Shown here in pieces: positions 23,330 to 45,748 of a stretch of DNA of 64,000 nucleotides. The notes beneath the pieces were generated by a model. The model was not told where the DNA came from and did not search any database. It saw only the letters and a list, made by a program, of their open reading frames with translations. The stretch's first letter is position 1. The number at the start of each line of letters is the position of its first letter. A program made the position numbers and the translations under genes. The DNA is from Orbicella franksi (Eukaryota): the NCBI GenBank assembly GCA_964199315.1, contig OZ116708.1, positions 3,844,001 to 3,908,000 of the forward strand, given 5' to 3'.

Positions 23330-25313
23330 GGATTTTTAAACAGGATTAACCCATCAGTACTTGATAGTACTGTTATCGTAAGGGTCCTGTAAGATTTTAA
23401 AAATTAAAAAGGTAACACAAAAATTTTGAAAATTTTAAAAAGGCAAAAGTACAAGGGAAAAACAAATAAAAGCATACAAATAAGAATTACAAATAAAAAT
23501 GTTTGTTGGCCTTTTGCCTAAACTAAAGCCTAGAGTTCAGATTTCTCATGTCCAACAGTAAACTGTTTTAAACCGAGGCTTCTAGAAACAAAAAACTCTG
23601 ACAGCCAAACTCCAGGTTCATTTTCGGCAGATCGATTAAGGAAAATCTATTCCTTGCATTGACACTATGACTAAACCTTGTAAAATAGTTCTTAAAAGGT
23701 GCACATACATTTCCAGTTTCTTGATGTTTTCAAAGTGGATTTAGATAAAGTTTTGAATGGCTAGTACATTTCTACTAAAATAATTAGATTATTCGCTCTT
23801 GATTTCTATGTGTGATAGAAACCTCAAGCTCATAATCTAATTGTTTAATAGAAACACTTGTTAAAGTTTGGAAAGAACTCAAGAAAACTGGGGAAACACT
23901 CGCCTATTGGCTAGTGATCCCACAGCATTTCTCATTCTCCCAAACCTCCACTCGTGTTTCTGTAACATGATAGGAACACGGTACATTTTTCCTATTTCGT
24001 AAATATTTGGAGTTTTAGCTTTGTTTTACCTAAATTTGCTTCTAAGAGTGCAACTTGTAAGTAAAAGGAACGAAAGCCCATTAATATGCTCTAGTTTTTC
24101 TAAACCATCTCAAACCGCACCAGGTATAGATCAGTTGTATAAATTAATGCTAGGTCTAAATATATGCAATACTAACATCAGACATTGACTCTTGTCAAAC
24201 TTGATATCTGATGTGGCAGTTGTAAAGATCCAGCTAAGATCTTTTGATTAAATTGACCACAGTTAATTTTTGTTGAAATTACAGGAGACATTAAAACCAA
24301 CCCTCTACCAGATCAATGGTGAACTTGCGCTACAACCAAAACCTTTTACATGCCGTTATTTTCATCATTTAAACAGGAGAGGGGTGGTGTTAATTTTTCA
24401 TTCAAATTGAACAAGATTACAATATTTATGCCTATGACACCAGTCCCAAGAGTTTCAGTGCACCTGTTTATGGGTGCAAATAAACACAAGAAAAATACCC
24501 CCTTTGACCACAAATAGAAGCCTCGATTATCCAACGTGGCTGAGAGCTTGATTAAATCAGTAACACATCACATAACTATTGAGCTTCATGTAAAAAGAAG
24601 TTCTCAAATTATTCATGCATTGTTTTTAAAATGTCCCGCATCACTATTAATGTTTCAATTAATTACCCCAAAAGGACACGCATTTTCAAAACATTTTCAT
24701 TGCGTTCAAGTCATTAAACAACTTATTGCCACTACTGTGAAGCTATTTACTCTAAAAAGCAATAGTCAAGGGTGAACTGTTTACAAGCAAGTCATTAAAT
24801 GATTACTTCACACTTCCTGTAATCATTTCAAGCGAACAAACATAAATTTCCCCAACGACAATCTATAATTTAACGTCGAAAAACCCCGTCTTGGGTAAAA
24901 CTTGGAATGCTCAGTTAAACAGCTTCAATTCTGATGAACACATACCAAAGTTATAAAAATACAAGGGATTAATATCTGTTTTTTCACCTTTCCGTAGTAC
25001 CACGTATTGATGTCCTTGAGTATGCAGATCAGTTCGCAGTCACTCGCCTCCTTGAGTCTTTGAATAAGTTGCCTGCACTCAGGAGCCTGTGAAAAAAACT
25101 TTGTCAATATTGCACTTATAAAAAAGGAGCATCAGTGTAGTTAGTATCTATGCAACGACTTCTCTTGCTTCTAGCATGTACTTTGTATTATTTTACTCTC
25201 ATCGGATGAAAGTAAGTTCTTGGTCCCGACTGAACTTAGGGGAAATGGTACTACTCTCCGAGACTTACCACGTCCGACTGCGTTTTTCGCAGTTTACTTC
25301 TGTCAATCTTCAT
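1..25313 (-). CDS. HUWE1: E3 ubiquitin ligase HUWE1/Mule, N-terminal part (armadillo-like repeats, UBA, WWE, BH3 region); 3' end including HECT lies beyond the left edge
   Basis: 45 GT-AG exons joining in phase: 25269-25313 ([15 protein letters not shown]), 24988-25086, 22823-22957, 22287-22379, 21732-21805, 21238-21316, 21013-21075, 20719-20796, 20227-20283, 19708-19776, 19092-19191, 18672-18772, 18281-18342, 17399-17487, 16929-17009, 16572-16654, 16105-16206, 15185-15584, 15012-15092, 14485-14591, 14199-14376, 13543-13634, 12826-13073, 12388-12445, 11470-11646, 10746-10991, 10086-10302, 9476-9827, 9031-9153, 8649-8722, 8398-8555, 7600-7848, 7147-7260 ([14 protein letters not shown]), 6958-7059 ([13 protein letters not shown]), 6041-6367, 5494-5643, 5264-5394, 4636-4717, 4057-4172 ([14 protein letters not shown]), 3788-3839, 3390-3606, 2690-2768, 1427-2217, 972-1216, <1-389. 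Colinear with recalled human HUWE1 (e.g. [32 protein letters not shown]). Confidence 0.96.
3111..3369. mobile_element. Non-autonomous MITE-like element
   Basis: Imperfect terminal inverted repeats TAGAGCGGTTTTC ... GAAAACCACTCCA; no ORF; resembles an abundant coral repeat family. Confidence 0.6.
4885..5245. repeat. Dispersed repeat; a second, split copy lies at ~23035-23260 plus ~23820-24003
   Basis: Shared strings such as AAATAGCCCAA..GATTGGTT.AAATCGTGTTT, GAAACACTCGCCT and CCCACAGCATTT.TCATTCTCCCAAAC occur at both loci. Confidence 0.75.
6540..6682 (-). ncRNA. SNORA8: Intronic box H/ACA snoRNA, SNORA8/snR31-like (copy A)
   Basis: Sense to HUWE1, in intron 6368-6957. Hairpin 1 closed by GCATTG/CAATGC, H box ATATTA (6617-6622), hairpin 2 closed by CCAGT/GCTGG, ACA at 6543-6545. 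Pockets CGGTATCT/TCGT and GCATCGTT/TGG are complementary to 18S ACGA-U-C-AGAUACCG and CCA-U-A-AACGAUGC. Confidence 0.85.
7980..8225. repeat. Low-complexity GTAG/GAAG purine-rich tract
   Basis: Degenerate GTAGGTAG and GAAGGAAG units inside a HUWE1 intron. Confidence 0.6.
10406..10703 (+). mobile_element. tRNA-derived SINE (family 1)
   Basis: tRNA-like A/B-box head then GGGCAAG..ACT...GGGGGTAACCCTGC.ATGGA.TAG.ATCCCATCCAGGGGGG...GCTACAGAAACC...GACTTTACCTT; homologous to 19330-19630. Confidence 0.75.
11800..12250 (+). mobile_element. 5'-truncated Penelope-like retroelement (GIY-YIG endonuclease C-terminus plus 3' UTR/pLTR)
   Basis: [23 protein letters not shown]...[22 protein letters not shown] matches the PLE GIY-YIG C-terminal pattern; followed by a T-rich UTR with a hammerhead motif. 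Antisense to HUWE1. Confidence 0.8.
12181..12219 (+). ncRNA. Minimal type I hammerhead ribozyme motif (U3:A8 core variant)
   Basis: TTGC-TTGATAA-T-GACCG-AAGAG-CGGTC-GAAA-TG-TC-GCAA: stem I TTGC/GCAA, stem II GACCG/CGGTC, GAAA core, GUC cleavage triplet; located in a PLE 3' region. Confidence 0.6.
13965..14107 (-). ncRNA. SNORA8: Intronic box H/ACA snoRNA, SNORA8/snR31-like (copy B)
   Basis: Ungapped paralog of 6540-6682 (~16 differences in ~139 nt by eye); H box 14042-14047, ACA 13968-13970; in HUWE1 intron 13635-14198. Confidence 0.85.
16255..16458. mobile_element. MITE-like element
   Basis: Ends TAGTATA..TAAATCTACTAGT and ACTAGTGGATTTATACTA are imperfect inverted repeats. Confidence 0.5.
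17213..17388. mobile_element. hAT-like MITE
   Basis: TIRs CAGGGGTTTTAATA ... TAATAAAACCCCTG; no intact 8-bp TSD seen. Confidence 0.5.
17638..18100. mobile_element. hAT-like MITE with an internal duplication and a (TAGTTGTGTTTGC)n minisatellite
   Basis: Ends (A)GGGCT... and ...AGCCCTG; the GACAAG.AGATT.CCTTCTGGG block is duplicated on either side of a ~190-bp tandem array at ~17720-17885. Confidence 0.5.
19330..19630 (+). mobile_element. tRNA-derived SINE (family 1)
   Basis: GGTGCAGTGGCCTCATGGTTAGTGCACTCGACT head (A box), B-box-like region and the same body as 10406-10703. Decayed minus-strand relatives at ~34190-34392 and ~34735-34985. Confidence 0.8.
20531..20676. mobile_element. PIF/Harbinger-like MITE (degenerate)
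   Basis: Ends GGCCAGGGTTGTTTGAAAG and CCTTCAAACAACCAGGG are inverted; internal GGATA/TATCC palindromic repeats. Confidence 0.5.
23270..23660 (-). mobile_element. 5'-truncated CR1/L2-like LINE 3' end with (TTA)n tail
   Basis: Minus strand gives a decayed ORF2 end ([36 protein letters not shown]) followed by an AT-rich UTR and ~19 TAA units (23270-23327); it interrupts the dispersed repeat at 23035-24003. Confidence 0.6.
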
Positions 25314-25681
25314 TTTCCAAGGACAGATATTATCAATAAACTATTTCTCTCTCCAATCTACCATAATGCTTCACAGAGAGCTAAATATAAGGGGGTAACT
25401 TCTGTTCTCTAGCCAGCAAAGAAACTCTCGATTCTTGGAAATCGAGGGTTTCGCTCCCACGATGACTTCACAAAACAGCAAGAGTATCTCTGTGTTCGGT
25501 GACTAGCTCTTCTAGTTTATGTTTTGTCGTGCCTTGAAAAAAGAGACCAAACGGCGCTATAAATATCACATAATTTCGACCGTTTTGGCTTTGTACGTAT
25601 GAAGTGATTCATTCAACATGGCCGACAATAATGGCGTGCGCGGAGCTTCATAACGAGGCTTCGTCGCCTTTTTGCTTGAAA

Positions 25682-25700
25682 TCTCCCATAAGCCCTCGCG
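25682..25700. promoter_or_regulatory. Candidate ZNF143/Staf site upstream of HUWE1
   Basis: TCTCCCATAAGCCCTCGCG resembles the TTCCCA-N4-GC-YY-GCG consensus; ~370 bp upstream of the ATG in a GC/CpG-rich patch. Confidence 0.35.
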
Positions 25701-27239
25701 TTTCAATTTCCGCAGTGATCCCGGCGGGGGAACAGGAGGAAGGGGTAGGGGCGGCTAATACCCCTGCTTTCATCCCCGTTTCTCTCCCGGTCCGCTCCAT
25801 CTCACGCCTGCTACGCGATTATCTTGCAAAAGAGACGAAAGTAGAGAAATCTCTTTATCGGACAATCCGTCTCGGGATCCTGAACTCATCTATAATTTCC
25901 TGTTGATAACATTAACTTCGATCTGTTCTTACATAATGTAAGCTGAAAATAATCCCTCGGTCTTATTTATACGTTTCTCGTGACTCATGCTTCTTATGTG
26001 TTGACGGGTGGGTTGTTATTTTAGAGGCGGGGCAATTATTGGAGGATGGGAAGGCCTGGATGCATGGTCAGGATAGTGAACCACTGACGCAGCAATTTTT
26101 TCAATAATCCATTCTCTAAACTAAGACCGTGCTTGACAAAATATTGGAAAATATATATCAAATTTCTGTACGGTACGGTCAGCTTTACTTTATTGTTCTT
26201 CACATTTTGCAGTCAGTCACTGGTATCCGGTTACTCTGTATTGTCCTTTAGCCCTTGTAGAAATTTTGTGTTCACTTGTTTATATCTGTTCTACAATAGT
26301 TTCTTTTAGAAGTCAAAGAAAGTTTGAGCTAAGCCCAGATTAATCTCATGATTTCCAAAGAACATCCCTACGGGATTTCCCCGGGACTTAGCCGGTCCAA
26401 GAGGATCGGTTGGTTTGGGAGAAGTTCGCGAGAAAACAAGGGGGAGGGTACCTATTGGGTTAGCACTCACGCACTGCTATCGAACTTCGAAGCGAGAACT
26501 TTCAATTGCAACTACAGAAATTACGAATAGGATAAGGGAGAGAGTAAAAGGTGAAACAAACTGGAGAGTTTCTACTAGACACATTTTTCAAGGAACTTAA
26601 AAGACACAGGGACAGCCTATGTTTGCAAAAAGGATGGAAGGGTCTGTCGACTTGATTCTTTTATAGTATACTTATGTAGAGAGAAGCCACGCAGCCACAC
26701 ACCTCCCCCAAAGTGAAACACGCGCTGATGTCCTATTACCTTTGCGCAAAATAGAACGTGGTGGATGTCGGCGTACTGAACAGGAAACACAAACCCAAGA
26801 AACGCACTACATCTGAGGATAACCAAAATCATGATACGCAAGCTTTTGAGAAGATAAATGTATTTTATACCACGGATACACACGTCTGTACAAAAACAAA
26901 GCTATTAATTTACAAGACTTACATCATGCATAAAGCACGTGCAAAAAAAGAAACGTTAACATAAGCTTCAGGACCATCCGTTCGGGAATGTACGTAAAAT
27001 TGAACTGCAGCATTTTCAGCTTCTCATAACCATTCCCTCCTCACGAAGAGTGCTATACTTCACCGAAAAGGGTGTCAAGCTATCGTTACACATTTCGCTT
27101 CTAGTCACGCAACGGGCCATCAAGTTGATACAATGAAAAAGAAGGTGTGACTCCTTTCTTATAATTATATTGTCCAGTAACGCAATGGTTGAAATTGTCT
27201 AAAACAGGTTTCGAACTGTTTAACAAGAGGCAGCCTAGC

Positions 27240-38253
<11,014 letters not shown>

Positions 38254-38290
38254 GCTGTCTTCGTCGGCTGATCTGTTCACGTGACACAAT

Positions 38291-38299
38291 TTTCCCGCG
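38291..38299. promoter_or_regulatory. E2F site in the MCM2 proximal promoter/5' UTR
   Basis: TTTCCCGCG (TTTSSCGC consensus) ~40 bp upstream of the MCM2 ATG; MCM genes are established E2F targets. Confidence 0.65.
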
Positions 38300-40466
38300 T
38301 TTTTCAAGTGGGTACCGTAATAGGCCGAAGCGATCAGCTGACAGATATGTGACAAACTCTATAGTTGTCACGCAACTTGCACGCGGAACTGATTGACCAC
38401 ATTAGCTGTACATTGGCGACGACATGTATGTCGAGAACGCTTCTTTCCAAAAGGCCAGGAAGCCCTACCCAGGAAGCCCTCGATCTAAATCACTGAAATA
38501 AAAAATATTGGATCGCCTCTGCCTTCACAAAATTTTTGTCCGTCTGGGGTCTCTGGGGGTCTTTGACCCCCTCCACACCACGGCGGAGGTCGAGGCATTT
38601 GAAAACGGAGGTTTCACTCTATAAGCGGATCAAATGTTTTCCGTCCACACTACGCCGGTGGAATTAAAAAACGCAACAGTCATCAGGCATTTTGGATTTG
38701 TGGTTGACAAAAACTCGGTCGGGGAAATCACGAGATATTATCGTGACGCCATTGTTTGCGTGCCTCGTTTTCAAAATATTTCCGTCCATACTAACGGTGC
38801 GTTCCTTTGGGGTGATCTGGATCAGGATCAGTGATCCAAGATCACTCGGATCATGGTGCGTCAAAAGAACCGATGAGTCCACTCTGGTCACGGATCAATC
38901 AAAGTCGGCGTTTTCAAATTCCTCTGGTTTTAAGAGCGTTTTAGATTGGGCGGTAGGCCTAACAAGAGAAACAAACCTGCGTTTTCAAATTTCTCCGGCA
39001 CAGTATATGTACTGCTGCCTTAATAATCTTGTGCCCAGCAGGAGGCTGTTTCTCGAAAGCTCCCGTAAATACCGGGCTAGATAATGTACCGGGTCTTTCG
39101 AGAAACGGGCCCCAGTTGTTCAAACAATTCAACCACAGGTCTCGCAAGCTCCTTGGGAGCCGTGAATATTCAGTTGCGCAACACAGCGTAACAGTTAACA
39201 CTTTGTATGAAAGTGTAATGATCGTTAATAACAATTCGAAATATTTAAAAGAATCGAAATTCATTACAAATGACTTATTTCGACTTTTCCTTTCCGTAGC
39301 GTTTTAGGCCGTTTCACAGCGATTCCAGCGAGTTTTGGTTTCAATGTCTTCCTCTTTATACATATGTGGCACAATTTTTGCTTGATTCTCGTGAGTGTTT
39401 ATAGATTGCTCTAATTCGTAGATTATGCGTAATAGTTCTTTTTGTTAGCTGTTAAATTTTAATTGTTGTAATTGTATTGAATGTTACTTTTTTCAGTGAC
39501 TAAATAAAGGTTTACACCATCTAAAAAAACAAGTGGTGTACGGGTACTAAACAGCCCTCTGATAGAAAAGGACACTGGCGTAGCGTCGTTATTGTAGCGG
39601 ACACGAGACAAACAGAGATCAAAAGCAAGATTGATATTACGATTTATAACTTTAATTTGCCCCAATTGAGTTGAATACTTAATTAATATCATGGGTAACT
39701 TTAGTTTATAATTTCACATGTGAAATTATAAAATTGCCATGGTAACGTTTGGCGAGAGGTTTCTTGACTAAGAAGTCAAAAGCCTATACTCGCAAAATTA
39801 AGGGAAAAAAATCACTTACGCTTTGTCAAAATTCCAATAATTTCCCTCGCCTAAAGGCGTAGAAAATTATTAAAATTTTACCAAAAGGCGCGCAAATTAT
39901 CTCCTAATTTATCTCGTCACCATATCGATTACCCGTACGAATATGTCCTATAATTAAGGGATCTTCTTGCAATATTCTTAGCGTTCGCGAGTCGCAACCA
40001 GCTCCGCAGAAAATGGGGAGGAATATTTTTGTGCTGAGAGCGTGCTGCGAGCAATAATATTTTATTATTATGAGTCTGATGCCGCTGGCTAAATCAGCGT
40101 TGAAACAAACTCTATGATAATTGATGGTATGAAGCATTGTACGAATGAACGAGTCGAGGTTTTTGTTTAAATAGACTCTTGCCAATTTGATTGCTAAGTT
40201 TTAGTTTTACTCTAGCCTACGTAGGGCGAGATTTCGCGCGCGAGTGTGACTTCGAGCGCTTTGTTACAGCAGCGGGCCCTGTAACTGGAGAGGCGAGACC
40301 ACTTCTCGGTCCTCTAGATCTGCCGGTTGCACTACACCAGGAGCCATAATGACTGAATAAAATTTCATTCGTTCGCTTGTTTGTCTCTTAAAAGTCACCT
40401 CATTGTTGTTCAAATACAAAAATAAAGTTTGACAAAAAAGACAATGGTTGTTAGACAATCACCTCC

Positions 40467-43400
40467 CTACAAAAATAAATGCTCGAGTTCCTCCAGGGAT
40501 TTCCCTTTCGTCTCCGGAAGATATATGAAGAAAAACAGCCAGCCACAAAACGAAATTCCCCCGTAAAGCCAAAACGCTCCAAAGCGAGTGATCCACTCGG
40601 TCAGCGTGAGAAATGTCATAGAAATCACGAGATTACAAGTCCAGTTTGTAGCAGTAGCGAGAGCATTCCCTGTACTACGGGCCCACAGGGGGTAAATCTC
40701 CGAGTTTATCGTCCACGGCATTGGTCCCATCCCTGGGGCAAACGCTGCTATATAAAGTACTAAAGCGACTATAGCTAACCAGGCGTACTTATAAGGACAC
40801 GCCGCATATGACCAAGTCGTAGAGTGATCTTTTTTGCTGCATCTACCGTATGCCGCACTGTTATCACTGGAAGAATTGAAAGGAATACAAGAGCCTTTGA
40901 CAGGGTTGTTCGTGGCATCTTTCATGAAGCAAAATCCGCATTTATCTTCCAAGCAGTCTAAACAGAAACCAGAGCTGGGACAACTGTTTTTGATGTAGAA
41001 AGGCGCCGTCTCGTGTACGGATATGGAGGCGTCGTTGCGCTTCGCCATGTAAAAGGCACCTCCAAGAAGAAACAGGCTGAATGTGACTCCTGCCAGGCTA
41101 CCGAGCAACAGTTTACGCCGTCCCATTCTCTCCACCAGACACACTCCTACGATGGTAAAAGCAAAGTTTCCAAATGCAACCAGGGCCGCTAACCAGATAG
41201 CGAGCTGATAACCCTGGATTCCGGACATCTGTATGATGGTGGCACTGTAGTACCTAGTGACAGAAAGCTCCAAAGATTAATTCTCCTTACCTAGCTCCGC
41301 ATTTCTCTTCCTGTTAGTTACGAGAATTTCAAGGTACATCAAGACAATAGCTTAAGATTAAATTAGCCTAAGTTCATGTCTTTTCCTGCTGAGAAATTCA
41401 ACCTGGAAAACTCCGTCTGTCCACTTTTTTTCCCTACAATTAGTTTATCCAGGGTTGCTTTCCATTCGACTAAAAATTCCAAAAATTTTGAAAGAAGGAC
41501 AAATGGTACGAAAGTTTCCACGGAAATTTTCCAGGAAATCCGAAAATTGTTGACTTTCCGAAAAGTGAACCATTCAATCGCAAATTCAGGTTACTAGGCG
41601 TTCATGTCTTTTTCTGCTGAGAGATAACTGAAATTCAACCTGGAGAATTCCATCTGTCCACTTTTTTCCCCTACAATTAGTTTATCCAGGGTTGCTTTCC
41701 ATTCGACTAAAAATTCCAAAAATTTTGAAAAAGGTCAAATGGTACGAAAATTTCCACGGAAATTTTCCAGGAAATCCGAAAATTGTTGACTTTCCGAAAA
41801 GTGAACCATTCAATCGCAAATTCGGGAAATTCCGAGAGGAAAATCAAATGGAGTGGAAATTCTCGGTAAGAAATTTTCACAAATTTGGGTATACCTCGAG
41901 AGGTTGTCCGCTTTTCCAGAAATTCTGGGAAGTGCTGTACCATTCATTCTTGGAAATTTTCGGAAATTCAACCCAGAATTTTTCATCGAGTGGATGTGTG
42001 TGTGAGGCTATATTTAAACTGTCATGATGGTTTGTCACAAAGGCAAAAGAACCCGTAAGTCGTGCCCATAAATTTACTTACATAACAGTGTTAATCCCAG
42101 ACAGCTGTTGTATCGCCTGCAGCATGCAGCCAACCAACAAAGCTTTCCTTGTCGCTGAAGTTGTCAACACTTCATACACTACGCTTTGAGTAAATGAACA
42201 AGATTCTGGAAAAAAGGATACGGTTGGATAACTTTGTCAATGCATTCAATCCGAAGATAATCCAAATTCAGCATTTAATTTTTCTTTCATTTTAATAGTC
42301 ACATATCAGAAGCTAGAGCCATCTTGTTCAGCATAATAAACAGTACCACAAGAAAGTACTGCTCAATAGCTTTCATGTGAATCCTCACACACTAGGGTTT
42401 CATCTAAAGACTTAACAGTTAGAACCACCTTGCACAGCATAATTAACAGTACCACATGAAAGTACTGCTCAATAGCTTTCATTTGAATGGTCACACACTA
42501 GGGTTCCATCTACAGACTTAAAAGTTAGAACCACCTTGTACAGCATAATAAACAGTACCACATGAAAACAATGCTCAATAGCTTTCATTTGAATGGTCAC
42601 ACACTAGGGTTTCATCCACAGACTCAAACAGCATAATAAACAGAACATTGCCGATCCAACACACTTACTGCTCTTATGCAGCGATTTTTCCTCATCACAA
42701 ACATTTTTCATGGCATCAAGTTCTGAACCCACATTCACAGTGCCTCGTAGTTTCACAAGCACTTTCTTAGCTCGTTCAGAGTAGCCTCTACTAACAAGCC
42801 AGCGAGGACTTTCTGGTAGGACCAGACAACCAAAGACCATCACAATGGATGGAACAGCAGCTAAGCCAAGCATGTATCTAGCAAAAAGAAAACAATGATT
42901 ACAACATCTCCTAGGGGATGGAGAAGGCTTTGAGTGAGGTTTTAAGCCTGTAACTTGATCAAGCCCTCCACTTTTGTAGTGACATGGATCAAATTAAGAA
43001 CATTTGTCACATGTGGAGGTTAGGTGCCCATAGAAAACACACCCTGTTTGGTCTCCGCTGGTAGCCCTAAAAGCGTATTTCAGGTTCTCTGGACATTGTT
43101 TTCCTTCAAACAAGGTTAAACCCAGCAAGATTATGGCCTAATACTAAATTGTCAAAAATTTTGCTATTTAGCTAGTCAACATCAAATTTTAGACAGACTT
43201 ATTTTTTGTGTAATAGGCCATTTCCAAGTTACCTTGAGCCTTTGCTTCAAATTGAGTCTAAATTGAGTTTGATTTGCAGACTAATTTTGACATAGAGGCA
43301 AAAGGCAAACGGCAACTGGGAAATGGCCTATTGGGTCACAAGTGGAAGTGATATGCATAACTTATTTCTCCACAGATATTACTCATGACAAGACATCTAC

Positions 43401-45748
43401 CTTTAGTGATTTGATGGCTGCTTTCACTTGTACATATATCAAAACAAACTTAAGGCACCAGAATCTTCAATAACAGTCAAAGTATTGCTTTAGAAGAAAC
43501 TCTGCCTTTTCTATCACACAAAAATCATCTTTTATGCAAGTTTCCAAGTTGATTGTAAGATCTGGTCAATGAAACCAGGTCCTCAATAATCAACAATAGG
43601 AGAGCCAGTAAACTTGGTCAATATACCCTACACCATGGCAGGTTGTCACTAAAACAAAGTAAAATGTAACTAAAGAACTGCAAGTCAATGATAATAGTAC
43701 CTCCATCCATTCTTTTTGTATGAGCTGAAGAGGCCATCAACAACTGCAGCAACAAACTGCCCACCAGTAATAAAAAGATTGTTGGTAGTGACTAGGCGCC
43801 CTCTGATGGTTGACGGTGCTGTTTCCGCAATATAAACTGGGACAGTAACAGAAGCCCCACCTGCATATAATCAAAATTGGTAATTTAAGGTGCACTGTCA
43901 CCTGTGGATTATGCTATCCACTCAATTGATACATGTAGTGTTATCCAACCTTAAACAGCCACGATGGCAGTAGTATGACATATATTTTGACTCAATGATA
44001 GAAAAGCCAGACTCTGACATGCTAACTAACTCTATCTTGGATGAGAAAAATTCATGGCATAATTTATTTTGTAGGATTTCATATTCATACATTTGGTTGA
44101 TGTGTTGTTCCAGAAAACATCCATACCCCTCCCATGGGGGAGGGGGGGGGGGAGAGTTGTTTGGTTTGATCTCCCCTCTAAAAATTTCAGTTTAGTTTCA
44201 TACTTTCCTTTGTAAATTTTGGCTTTTGGACCCCCTTCCCCCCTGGGAATTTCCAATAACCCTCTTGAGGTGGGTTTGGAAACTTTCTGGAAGCAAATGT
44301 ATAGAAATATGACAAAAGATATTAAACAAATTTTGGTTCGTATCAAGGATGTAAACATTATGGATCTCCTCATGAGGCTATATTGAGCTGAATTTTACAT
44401 ATTTGCATGATGTCATATGTGTTGCCATGGTTTCTATAAGCTTTCAGTAAATAGTCCTTTAAAAATCAGCTGTTACACATTATCATAAAAAAAAACTAAT
44501 TTGGCAAATATGTAATCATTTTAATTCAAAATTTTGAAAGTCTGTCATATTCTTTACTTTCTCTGTAAACTTAGCCCAGTTTAATTTAAATCAAAAAAGG
44601 ATCTAATGTCACCTAAACCGCATTGTGCAAATCACTCCATATTTTTTCATTACTAACCTCAAATGAATGTTGTTTTATGCTTGTGCTTGTATGCTAGGGA
44701 AAACTAACCTTACGGCATTTGAAGTGACCAGAAACAATCCTTGTAAAAGTTACACTTATTGTTCCAGCAAAAAGCTGTATGAAGTGAATTTCAATATTTT
44801 CAGAGCTCTGAATGCGGCCGAACCCCTGCGATACATCGCGTGATAGTAAAATTAAAGGAGAGTCGTGGATGCATTGCTTACAAATTGGAGAGATCTTCTT
44901 CAATCATCTGCGGGTTTTAAAGACATTTATTAACAAGGTCGCAAAAAAAAGTAAAAGTAACTGTGTGCAAACACATTATTTACGATTTTATTGATATATT
45001 TACATCTGAGTGAATATTTGCATATTCTGAGCTAGCCCTTAATTTTGGGGAGCTCAACCACGACTAAAATTAAAGCCACAAATCGCGATCACTGATGGAA
45101 ATACTAACTCATCTTTCTATTATAATTACCAATAAACTCATAGAACTTCAATACTTGATTAAATTTACCTATTCCAATGCCCACAGTGAGCCTTCCAACG
45201 AGAAGAATCTCTCTCGAATGAGCAACCCCCATCACCACAGCTCCAACTGTGAAAACCATGGCTGAAGCGACAAGGAGAGGCTTTCTGCCAAGCCGTTGAT
45301 TCAGAAACCCTCCTAATAAAGCACCAAGTATGGCTGCACCGATGGTTACGCTAACAATTAGTTCTTGCCAGAAAGAAGACAAATCAAACTCCTGTTTGAT
45401 CAGAATCATGGCGCCGGAAATCACTCCAGTGTCGTACCCAAACAGAAATCCACCGATGGCGGCAAAAACAGTTAAGAAATAAACATATAATGGAGTTGTT
45501 TGTTTCGATTCAAGATGCGAGGTTTGTATCAAGGCTTGTTCCTCGCTTTCCTTGTCATCGGATGGGGCTTGATCAATGTTTACATCCATTACGTCTCCTG
45601 TTTGATCAACGTGAAGAACTAGAGAACGATCAACCATGTCTTCCTTCATTCCTTTGGACCGAGTGAGACTGGAAAGAGAAAATATATCCAACCGGACCGA
45701 ACTTCGACCTTTTGGAAAGACGGACTTCATCGTTTTCGTTTCACCCAT
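40467..45748 (-). CDS. SLC2A13: Proton myo-inositol cotransporter (HMIT/SLC2A13-like MFS sugar porter), complete
   Basis: 5 in-phase exons: 45169-45748, 43701-43860, 42669-42877, 42082-42205, 40467-41253. Motifs [55 protein letters not shown] and the Cys-rich exofacial loop typical of HMIT. Confidence 0.93.
41372..41830. repeat. Tandem duplication (~230-240 bp unit) overlapping a GGGTTGCTTTCCATTC-type repeat
   Basis: GTTCATGTCTTTT starts at 41372 and 41600; near-identical blocks through ...CCATTCAATCGCAAATTC. Confidence 0.8.
42328..42642. repeat. Minisatellite, ~106-bp unit, about 3 copies
   Basis: AGCATAAT(A/T)AACAG recurs at 42330, 42436, 42542 and 42630. Confidence 0.85.

Noticed and set aside
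24300-24368. C box plus a 10-nt complement to 28S AUGGUGAACU
   Set aside because: No canonical CTGA D box or terminal stem; the register does not match a methylation site I know.
42328-42642. Regularly spaced repeats resembling a CRISPR array
   Set aside because: The whole unit repeats with no unique spacers; eukaryotic intron; no cas genes.
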